DNA of 36,571 bases from Conidiobolus incongruus B7586 (lineage: Eukaryota). Positions 25,976 through 36,571 of this stretch are shown here, in pieces; the stretch's first letter is position 1, and each line of letters opens with the position of its first letter. The translations under genes were made by a program, and so were the position numbers. The stretch is taken from contig JNEM01011120.1 in the NCBI GenBank assembly GCA_000697335.1, forward strand, positions 1 through 36,571. The letters are read 5' to 3'. The notes below the pieces were generated by a model. That model worked only from the letters and a program-made list of their open reading frames with translations. It was not told where the DNA came from and ran no database searches.

Positions 25976-26260
25976 ACACTGAAAACCCATGATTTATTTC
26001 AGATCAAACCAATAGAAATTTTTGGGTAGGCGACAATTAAAAAAACTCAATATAATTTCAATATCATTAAAAATTATAATATTAATAATAAATATATCCT
26101 TATATAGTTTAGACATTTTACTAGTAACTACTATTTAGTATTGAAATTTTTCAAATTTGAATATATTTAATTGTATTTATCATAATATTTTTTCCAAATA
26201 TATACATAAAATAAATTGATGATTTATATAGCTAGTGTAGGTATAGGTTTATAATATATA

Positions 26261-27576
26261 TTACTCTGTATTTTTAATAATGGGAATTTTTTACAATTAA
26301 AAATAAATAAACATTTGAATATATAATATATAAAAATAAATATATAATATAAATTTAATAGTTTTTTTTATTATTAATAACTTTTTGCTATACTTTTAAC
26401 AAACTTCTAACACCTAAAAAACAATTCTTTTTATTAAAGACCAAAATTTAATGTTTCACAAACCACTTAAATTTTCCTGTAGAAATTTTCCTTCTTGTAA
26501 ACTAGTTTTTTAATTGCTTAAAGCAATTATAATTATATAAGTTATAATCAAAAGAATATACTAGATATAGTAGTTTTTTCCAGTTATTTTTAATTAGAAA
26601 GTTTTTTACAACTTTAGATTTATGTATTTTACAATTATTATGTAAAATAATAAGTTTTTTAAATTATATTGAAAACACTAATTAGAAATATTTTTATTTA
26701 AAAAAACAATATATAATTTACTATTAATTAATTTTCTTTTAAAAACTAAATAAAAATAGTATATACTATTATAATTTATTGTAATAATTAACATTTACTT
26801 ATTAACAAAATATTTATTTAAAGGGATTTATAGAAAAAGTTGATTTAACTTAATCTAACATCTTGATTTGTGGTTTAATAAAAGATTATACATAAAGATT
26901 TAAGATTCATCAATTGTAATTATTCACTATAAAAGTTTAAGCTTCTAATAATATTTCAATAAGTTTTGTTTAACAATAACTACTCTAGTTTTTTTTAAGT
27001 TTTAGTTAAATTATAAGGTACCTATTTTATATTTTTATTTATTAATTTTAGTTTAAACTTTAAAATATATAAAATACTTGTAAAACTAATATTAAAGTAC
27101 TTAGATAATTCTTTAATTGAAATAAAAAGGTACTTTTCAATATATTTTTTCATTTTATTTATAATTGAAAAAGTAACAGTTGAAGTTAGTTTTTTAGATT
27201 TTAATAGGTTTTGAATAGTTTCTCTTCTAGCTTTAAAGTAATTTACCCAGCAATAAATTGTTGATTTAGATAATATTTTATTACTAAAAGTTGCTTGTAA
27301 ATTTTAAATAATTTTAGAGGGTTTATGGTTAAGTTTTATTAATACTAAAATAAAAAACTTTTGATGATTACTATTTGGTTTAAGTATAATTAAATTAAAC
27401 AATTAATTTTAAAAAGTTAATTTTTTAATCAAAAAAACTAATATATATATATATATATATATATTAAAAATATATAATTTCCTATTAACTTTATATATAT
27501 TTATTTATTTCAAACTAATAATATGTTTGAAAAATTAGAAATTAAAAAATTTCCCATTATTTCAAATTTAAGATAA
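26261..27576 (-). mobile_element. Mariner (DD34D) DNA transposon C, full-length (1316 bp), transposase inactivated
   Basis: Reverse-complement match to element A over its whole length; TA|TTAC left end, ATAA|TA right end. Retains residues that A lost: LSKSTIYCWVNYFKA, K*VPYNLT, IITIDES*, ILHNNCKIHKSKVVK, LGVRSL. Confidence 0.9.
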
Positions 27577-28649
27577 TAATAATATATTTGATATCATCAG
27601 AATTATAAATAATAATAAGTTTATTTTTATAAATTATTTTTGAAAAATTAGTTAAATTTATATCAGAATCTTATAAGATTGGATCATTGATATATTATTT
27701 TATTTACAAACATTTTTTATAATAGTTCTTAATTGATATTCATTGTTTCATAAATCATATTAACATATTATTATATAAACCAACTTGTTAATAAATGGGA
27801 ATATTATTCATTTGTTTTATAATTCTTATAAAATTATATATTATAAAAATAAAATAAATTACTGATAATTAATAAAATTTCATAATAAAATAAAAATAAA
27901 TATGAATTATATAGCATAATATTATTTATTCAAAATTTTATTTAAAGAATTTCATATTTTTAATTGACACTATATCTTATTAAAAATATATAAAATTATA
28001 GATTAATTAATATTAATTAAAATATTTTGTTTTTGTTATATTAATTTTTAATCGTAAAATACTTGGTATTAGTATAGATATTATACTATAAGCTAATATC
28101 AGTAGTGTTTTCATATTGCAAAATAATATGTATTTTGGAGTTCATGTTTTTGTTCATAACAATTATAAATATATTAAATGATTTATTTTGATAATTTGAA
28201 GTATTTTCTACAAAGTATTAATTTAATAGTGATGTGTATTGATGGTGAAAATATTCAAGATTGAAGAGATTACGTAACTTAATACCTAACTCAATATATA
28301 GTATTGAGATTAGCAAAGAGATAGAAGTGGTTGAATTATTAATAAGATAGCCTTATATGTAAAAGAATCTAAAATGATGAATATCATTGTGCTATTTATT
28401 GAAATATTTAAATTGTTGATTTGGGAAAAGTATTTTTATAAATTTATTTAAATTGATTTTTAATCAATTTTATTTACTTTTCATTTTAAAACCAGTCACC
28501 AATAAAAAATTTAACAAAAACTCATCTATAAAAAATTAACATTAATACAAAGATATTTTGTACTTTTGATTCTAATATAATCCATAAAACTAAGTTACAT
28601 ATTAAATTAATCCTTTATGCAAATTAATTAATAGCGAGATTTTTTTTCT

Positions 28650-29324
28650 AACTTGTCAGAAAATATTGGAAATGAATTTAACAAATGTCCTTTATTAATT
28701 ACTCTATCTGTACTGTGAGACCAACGACTAAGCTCAAAACACATCCATTGGTATGAACTAATATAGTTTGAAAGGGCGCTAATCAACGTTTGAGGAATAT
28801 CAACTGGCTAAGATTTGTAGAACCTGGTATAGTAAGTATATTCAAAGTTACATTGATTATTAATATTTTAAATATAGGACGCTCTCACTATATGAAGCTA
28901 TTTAAATTATATATGGGACCTCAAGAATCCCAAACATTCAATGTCACTGCAGGTGGTTTAACAGTGAATAAAGCGTCTATGAATTACACATTGCCAGTTA
29001 TCTATAGCCATCGGTTATATCTATTTGTCACAAGATTAATCCCTATATTTCTTCTGATCAATCGTGTTGAAGCAAACAATTGCTACCAAAGTGAAAATTT
29101 TAATCAAAAATTTGTTAATCTTTCATTCCAAGTTTTATTCTCATTCCAAAGATAAGCTAGCTGGAGAGAGTGAAACGTTAATGGTGGGTTACAAATTTAA
29201 ACTTATTAAAAAGAGAAATGTTATGAAAAATATTGTGAATGTACTTACCAAGTTGAAAAATGGTCCTGAAACTATTCAAGAATTAACATTACACTTACTA
29301 GTTAGATTGTAATCAAATTTTTGA
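28650..29324 (+). pseudogene. Hotdog-fold acyl-CoA thioesterase copy 5, pseudogene
   Basis: NLSENIGNEFNKCPLLITLSVL* (TGG>TGA); exon 2 GANQRLRNINWLRFVEP (Asp lost); exon 3 GRSHYMKLFKLYMGP...LPVIY; exon 4 TIATKVK...VRL*SNF*. Intron-1 donor is missing. Confidence 0.8.
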
Positions 29325-29849
29325 TGATTTTTTATATTTGATCTTGTTACTATTATAATATATATTGATAGATCAATTTTATCAAGTTTTGATTCAAAAA
29401 TATAGTCCTTAAGCTAATAATAGCGCATTGAAAATATGTATTACAAATATTTAAATGATTCCTATTGCATCATGTATTACTCAATTGCAATGAATTAGTA
29501 AATTATTAGTTAGATTCACTGTTAATAAATATTCATATTTAATAGACGTATTTATTTTCATTTATAATAGAACTATATTCTTAGAATATATAGTATTATA
29601 TTTGCATGATTTATTACCGATTTATTTTAATTTATGCGTTTAGTTTATTATATGATAAATTCAAAATATTATTAAATATATCAATTAACAAAAATATAGT
29701 TGTTCATTTATATTCTAATTAGAGCATTATTGATATAACACTCTTAGAGTAGGACACTTGATATTGTAAACTATTTGAGAATATATTTTCAGAAATCATT
29801 GTTTAAATTTAATTATTTCAACAAGAAGGTCCTATGTTATGTATAACTA

Positions 29850-30840
29850 TAATTTTTTTGAATTAAAAACTAGTTTTATTAATGATCCAACCACTTTTAT
29901 CATTTTTAATTACCTTAATACCATATAATAAGTAACTTCATAAATACCAGTAACATCAATTGTAATTTTTTAAGATTATTATAGTCATTTAAATTATCAA
30001 AAATTTATTCTATAATTATTGTTCCAAATATACTTCAGAAAAACAATAAATAAGAATATTAATTGATTTTATTAAAAATTATCAAATGGATATTTTATAG
30101 ATTGTGTAGTATTCTCTATCACTTGATATTTTTATATATGTGTATAATATTAAATTGGTGATTTAGAAAAGATAGTTTATATTTTAATAAAAAATTCTTG
30201 ATTAATTTAAGAAATATATTTAATAAAATTAATATTATAAATTATTATATTTGATAGTAGAAATAAAAGATAATGTAAATTAAAATTCAATGACAATATT
30301 ATATCTGTAAGTATAGTGGTAACAAGGTTAATATAGTGTAGAGGAAGGCTTAGTATAAAAGTAGTGTGGCTTGTAATATAGTACCAATAATGTAGCAGGA
30401 TGATATAAATGCAAATAAAGTTTAATTAAACTTTGTAAGCAAATGAATCAACTCTGATATACTAGGTAATGTCAATATATTATAATATTGACAGAATAGT
30501 CTCAACCTTATAAATAATAAAAAGGTAAAAAATAGTAAGAATTGGGGGAAAAAAGAACCTAGTTTATTAAATAATCCAATACAATTTATACAATTAATTT
30601 AGCTTTAAAAGTATGAATTAACTATATAATTTATAGTTAAATGGATTATGTAGAAATATAGAAAAGAATTTAAGAATTATTCTCCTAATAATATTAATAT
30701 TTGATGTTAAAAAATCACTTATTCAGGGTATAAAATTCAAGAGATAATTTTCTAACTATGAAATAAATACTATATAGTATATATTAAGAAGAATTACTTT
30801 TCAATAATTATAAGATACTGGATCAAAATATAATGTTTAA
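29850..30840 (+). mobile_element. Possible decayed Ty3/gypsy pol fragments (RNase H-like, then protease-like)
   Basis: FELKTSFINDP followed by ATA AAT ACC AGT AAC ATC AAT TGT AAT (29940-29966), which reverts by transitions alone to TDASNIGCG; L*DTGSKYNV at 30808-30837. Short motifs only, and in non-canonical order. Confidence 0.25.
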
Positions 30841-31444
30841 AGTCACTTAATCACTTATTAAATAAATATTCATAAATTCAACCTAAATTTTGACCCTTTT
30901 TAGAATAAAAATTGGTAAATAATTCAATTTAAGAAGATCAGAACATTATAGAATTGATATTGCATATTAAATAACTTTAATATAAAACTCAACATATTTT
31001 ACTAATATTCTAATTAAATATATTTTTTATATTATTTAAACCAATTTGTTAACATTAAAATGAGATTAATTTCAAATTAGGTTAATATAAAATCATTTAT
31101 AAAATATAAATAGATATTTTAAAAAATTATAATATCTTTTGTAATCAGCATTAGTTAAAATAGACTACTAATAAATCATTTAGAGATTATATTATACATA
31201 TTATTGAATTAATTAAATACAATTGTGCATTGGAAAATATCTACCAAATATCACCATTGTTAATAATGAATATAAATTTTAATAATATATTTATGAAGAA
31301 AATAAAATAAATTCGAAATTGAAAAGTAATAGTTGAAGAAATTATTTACATAACTAATTATATCTATTTCATAATTTATTGCCTGACAAAATTTTTAAAT
31401 TAATCTATCAAAATATATAAAATTAAAAAAACTGAATCAAATTT

Positions 31445-32075
31445 ATGAAAAGTTAAAATTCTAGTTGGTAATTGTAAAAGCAATTCCTAAGCAGCTTTGG
31501 GACCACCTTGCAATTTGGTGAGTGCTTTGAACATATATTCGGCAATGTCACGTTTTTAATGAGATGTGTATATATCCTACCATTAATACTTCCCTATCTC
31601 CAGCTAACCTATCCCTCGTGTGTGAATAAAACTTGAAGTGAAAGATGAATGAATGCTTGGTCAAATTTTTTACTTTGGTAGTAACTGTCAACTATAAAAA
31701 TAACTGGAAATTAGGGTATTATACAGTGATCAAGGTATTACAGAGTCGGGATAAGTGATGGGTAAGATATTAGTTATGAATATTTTCTTTTACTATTAAA
31801 CCTCCAGAATTATTGCCAAAAAGAATTAGAAGAATTCTTTGGAGTAAATATGTAAACTTAATTGTGATAGGTAGTCCATACGTCTTATTGAAGTTATTCA
31901 GTATAATTGATATTATTTTGGTTATGTTTATATTAACAGACTCTACAAATTGTAACCAGCTGCTATCGTTTAAATACTGGTTAGCGTCATATCAATGGAT
32001 GCTTTTTGAGTTTGCTTGTTGATCTCCCAGCATATTCAGAGTAAATACCGAATGACAGTTGTCAATCTCAATTTA
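31445..32075 (-). pseudogene. Hotdog-fold acyl-CoA thioesterase copy 6, pseudogene
   Basis: EIDNCHSVFTL exon-1 remnant; LPITYPDS exon-3 end; exon 4 LTVTTKVKNLTKHSFIFHFKFYSHTRDRLAGDREVLMVGY, then a frameshift and KAA*ELLLQLPTRI. Confidence 0.8.
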
Positions 32076-33118
32076 GAATATTTGACAATTCGAATAAATT
32101 TTCTCTTAAATTTAGATTATTTATTTATTTATTATATAATTTAGTCAAATTGATGAAATTGGAATTTAAAGTACAAAACTGTGTATGTATTTATTCAACT
32201 CTTGATATAGTGAATTGAAACATCTTAATTTTCGATGGGTGGCTGGGTTATATAGAACTGTTTTTTGCATATTAATCTATTGCTTAGATAATTGAATTTT
32301 CATATGAAAATAAGTTCAGTTTAATTCATACAATATAGAAAAAAACTTATCATTTTATTATATATTACCAAAAATTTTGCTTTTATTCGTATTAATGTCA
32401 ATTTAATTGAATATTCTAAAGCAAAAATTGAAATAATAAAATTGTTATTTTGATTTTGATAAAATTTATCCAATCTAGATATTGTATAATTATCTAAATT
32501 TATTCATTGATCCACTTATGAAACGTTCAAACTCCCTTATAGAGTGGTATATTTTAATTCGTTTTATCACAGAAAATAATGAGGTTAGGGAATAAAACAT
32601 ATTTGGAATATTAAAAATCTGAAAATATTGCTTTTACTATTTATTATTTATATAAACTATGTTATTTACTAAAATATGATAATATTCTAATTTTAAAAAA
32701 ATCGAATTTTTACATTCCTTTAAATGTTCGAATTTAATCCTATAGATTCAATTAGTTGTTTAAATAATGCTAGTCATTATAATTAATATGTTGAAAATTT
32801 ATATTTGATTTATTTGAAAAATTCTCAAATGAACAATTTACAGCAATATATGATAGATTGAAAATATAAAATCTATTATATTGTTCTAATTAAGGTATGT
32901 ATGATGCCCTTAAATATGTGTATTCTTGACAATATTCCAACTCATTAATAATCACAAAAAATGTCAAAATAAATTATAAAAACAAACTTGAATATATAAA
33001 AATCCCAAGCTCCAATCCTCTATGTAAAAAAGTTATCAATAATTAGTTATAAAGGTAAAGAAATGATGGTAATTTATTCATTAAAGATTAATATGAAAAA
33101 TGAATTAAATAATAAAAA

Positions 33119-33611
33119 TTATTGACTAATACTTTGACGATGAGTTTCCCATTGGCTAGGAGTATAATTTTTCTAAATTGAAATCAGTATTTTTATAAAT
33201 TTTAATTATTATTTATAAAAACTTACTTGGGAGAAAGCATGAAGTTGAGATATTTGAGAAGCTGCAGCTTCATTTACTAATCTAAAAAATTATTCTTTGT
33301 AAATTTATTATTTAATAGATATTATATTAAGCATTACCTATGTCTTTTTAATAAAGTAAGTCCTTCAAATTCTTCAGAAACGACAATAACGTCAAAACTT
33401 TGACCACAACCTCCTTTATTATATATTGTTAAATTCTATTACTAAATAGATATTTGATTTTATTACCTGAAGTATCCGTTACTTCCTATATGACAAGTTA
33501 AAAATTAATAAACTAGTATTTATTGAATTAAATTTTCTTGTTAATTACCACATGAGTACATTTAATACGACTTTCAATAGCTTGTTTAATATCTTCAGCA
33601 GTAACTGTCAT
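33119..33611 (-). CDS. BOL2: BolA-family protein, cytosolic BolA2/Fra2 type (5 exons, 88 aa)
   Basis: Exons 33611-33549, 33485-33467, 33413-33338, 33281-33227, 33172-33119 give MTVTAEDIKQAIESRIKCTHVEVTDTSGGCGQSFDVIVVSEEFEGLTLLKRHRLVNEAAASQISQLHAFSQKNYTPSQWETHRQSISQ*. Carries SGGCG, RHRLVN and LHAF motifs and no presequence. Not in the ORF track. Confidence 0.92.
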
Positions 33612-34054
33612 TTTATATATTAAAAAATATATATTTTAATAAAGTTTATTTAATTAAATTTTTATTAATTTATTGTAATGAGGACCCAATTTCATTCATA
33701 ATTTATTTTAATTAATTAAATTACATAAAATTATGGGTATTTATCATTTAATTTTATAGAATTTTATTTAATTATAATATTTATTATATTAGTAATAATT
33801 TAAATACACATAAGTAATATTTAATATTTTAAAATTTTCAATCATTTATTGGTTAATATCATAATTAGTTTATTAATTTTGTTTCATTTAAAATATAATT
33901 AAAATCAATAAATAATATTATTGATAATAATAATTTGAGAATAATATCTAGAATTAGTCCCATAAAATATCAAATTCCGATTTTGGCTATAAAATGATCC
34001 TAATTCGAAAATTTATTAAAAATTTGAATCAGCAAAAAATAAAAAGCATAATTA

Positions 34055-36571
34055 ATGGGAAAGAAAACAGCATTAAAAAGGCTTAGAGAGGCTGAAAGCC
34101 AATCTATCAGAACTAAAAAATCAAATTCTAAGGGTGGTGGTTTAAGTCGTAAACAAAGGCAACAGTTAGAGGATTACGGTACTTTGGACGCACTAGACGC
34201 TCAATTCAACGAAAATGGGGAAGAAGGTATTGAAGCTGCTGATGAGTAATTTTATTAAATTTAATTTTTTAAATTATATATATATATATATATTAATTAT
34301 ATTTAATTGTAGAAAATCTTGGACTTTTAACTCTAAAGGAGAATTAATCGAATCTACTGAAAACGATTTACCTAATTTAAACAAAATTGAAACTGAATCC
34401 AATAGCAAAAAATACGAAAATTTGCCTATTATAAACTCCTCATCATCCTTACTCAATCCTTTAGACTCTCTCAATTCTAAATTAAATCCTAGTAATAAGA
34501 ATAAATCCAGTTTGAATAAACTGTTGGGTCAGTTTAAGAGGAATTCTAAGAGATCTATTTTGAATCTTCCAGAGAAAGCTAAAGTAACTCAGGTTAAGAA
34601 AGAGAGAGAAATTGGTCAGAATGAAAAAATTAAGAAGGATAAGAAGGTTGAAAAGGTTCAAATCACTGAGGAATTTATTGATCATATGAATGATGACTCT
34701 TTAACCAAACCACTCAACACTGAAGCTAATGGAAATGGTGATGACTTTGAAGATGCTAAGGAAGAGGAAGAAGATATGGAAACTGACGACGAAAATGACA
34801 AAACTGTTAATGTCAAGGGAGATGATTGTTTTTTCAAACACTTTGGTGATAATAGCTATGGTGTAGAACATTTAGAAGTTTTATCAGATTTATCAAAACA
34901 GAAGAAATGGAAAACGGATACAATTGAAAGCGATTTACAAGACCAATATGGAAAAATTGTGAGGTTATCAGTTGAAGAAGAGCAATTCAATATTCCTTTC
35001 GATTCAACTAGCTATAAATCTTTTAAAACTTTGGATCAATGGTCCGTCAGATATAAAATTCAAGAAGGATGGAGAAAGGCAAATAAAGCTTTGTTAGAAG
35101 GTAAATATTGGTTTTAATAATATCAAAAAAATATTAATGTGATTGTTAGAAAATGGATTGGACCCCAACGAAAACTTATTTACGCCATTCCAAGCTCAAC
35201 TTTTCAACCAACTCAGCCAATATCAAGATGTACTTTATCCCCATAGAACCATTGATAACACTCCTGAAATCCGTTCAACATATCTGCTTCATGCTTTAAA
35301 CCACGCAATCAAGTATATAGTTATTTTTATTTCTAATAATAATAATATATACTAATATTTGAATAGAGTGAGAAAAGAAATTACCAACAACAATTCTCAA
35401 TTAATTATGGCAAGAAAAGAAGGCAAACCATTGGAGTAATTATAATTTAATATAAATTAAAAAATATCTCAATTAATATGATTATATAGTGATGTACGAG
35501 ATGGTAGTTACGTTCGTCCCAAAGTATTAATTTTAGTCCCTTTCAGATCTGTAGCTTATAAAATCGTTAGATTCTTTATGGATATTATCGGTGCTGAAGT
35601 TGTAAGTTATAAATTATTTTAAAGTATTAATTATTAATTAAATTATAATATTAGGAAAATAAAAATAGATTTATTTCAGAATTTTATTTAGCTCCTGAAG
35701 AAGATAAAATTAATAAGAATAAACCAGGTATATTTTATAATTTATTTATTTCTATACAGATTTATTAATTTTATGATTTAGCTGATTTTATTGAAGCTTT
35801 CAGTGGTCACAATGACGATTGCTTTAGATTGGGTATTAAGTTGACTAAGGGTTCATTGAAACTCTATGCCAATTTCTATGACTCAGATATCCTTGTCGCT
35901 TCCCCATTAGGTTTAAGATTGATTATTGGCGCACCTGGGTAAGTTATTGTATTCTATGTATATAATACAAAAAACTAATTTTGATTTTTAGTGATAAAAA
36001 GAGAGATCATGACTTCTTATCCAGTATTGAAGTATTGTGTATGGATCAAGTCGAACATATGATGATGCAAAATTGGGATCATGTCACCCATATATTTTCT
36101 CACCTCAATTTAATACCTGTGAATCCACACGGATGTGACTTCTCCAGAGTTAAGCAATATGTTTTGAATGACAAGTAAGTTTACAATTCAACACTACTTC
36201 AAATAATTGGTGACTAACATTTATATTAGATTACCAACCCTTAGACAGAATATCTTTTTATCATCTTTCTTATCCCCTGAACTCCTAAATATCTTCAACA
36301 AATATGCTCTGAATATTGCTGGTAAAATCAAATACAAATTGGATTATAAAGATCAATTGGCTAAAGTTAGAACTTCTGTTAAACAGGTAGTTTCAAGATT
36401 CGAATTATCATCAAGTAACATTAACTTAATATATTGTCTTTAGATTTTCCACAAAGTCAGATGTACTAATTTTAAGGATGCTGATGATTTGAGATTCAAA
36501 TACTTCACAGAAACTGTAAGAATGAAATATAGATTTATTTATGTTAACTACGAACTCACTCATTCATTTAG
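34055..36571 (+). CDS. UTP25: U3 snoRNA-associated protein 25 (UTP25/DEF), multi-exon, runs off the window edge
   Basis: Motifs [71 protein letters not shown] across GT-AG-bounded exons. Confidence 0.95.

Noticed and set aside
15608..26260. Inversion of thioesterase copies 2-4 by recombination between inverted mariners A and C (those three copies are all minus-strand, the flanking copies plus-strand)
   Set aside because: The two halves of element B remain collinear on either side of A, and paralogue subgroups 1-3 and 4-6 are contiguous, so a breakpoint inside A is not supported.
31813..32022. 69-aa plus-strand ORF
   Set aside because: Antisense to thioesterase pseudogene copy 6.
34215..34685. 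Alternative start at 34215 and minus-strand ORFs within UTP25
   Set aside because: The 34215 ORF reads through intron 1 (34246-34312); the minus-strand ORFs are antisense shadows.
1..36571. CRISPR arrays, tRNA or rRNA genes, prokaryotic operons
   Set aside because: No regular repeat-spacer pattern or recognisable structural RNA was seen; the genes are spliceosomal-intron eukaryotic genes.

Overview
AT-rich, intron-containing eukaryotic DNA of fungal type (short GT-AG introns of about 45-100 nt). An early-diverging 'zygomycete'-type fungus such as an entomophthoralean is my guess, but the sequence alone does not prove it. Conserved housekeeping genes sit at both ends: the 5' part of D-3-phosphoglycerate dehydrogenase (SER3/SER33), FAB1/PIKfyve and ICP55 on the left; BolA2/Fra2 and the 5' part of UTP25 on the right. 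Between them (about 13.3-32.1 kb) is an accessory region with six copies of a 4-exon hotdog-fold acyl-CoA thioesterase (two intact, four pseudogenes), interleaved with transposon relics that the ORF track cannot see. The clearest relics are three ~1.3-kb DD34D mariner elements with TA|TTAC ends, one nested in reverse orientation inside another. Their transposases were destroyed almost entirely by C:G>T:A transitions, a RIP-like signature without the CpA preference of Neurospora RIP. Weaker relics of a Tc1-like transposase, a non-LTR reverse transcriptase, possible Ty3/gypsy pol fragments and a candidate solo LTR are also present. All alignments, translations and counts were done by hand.
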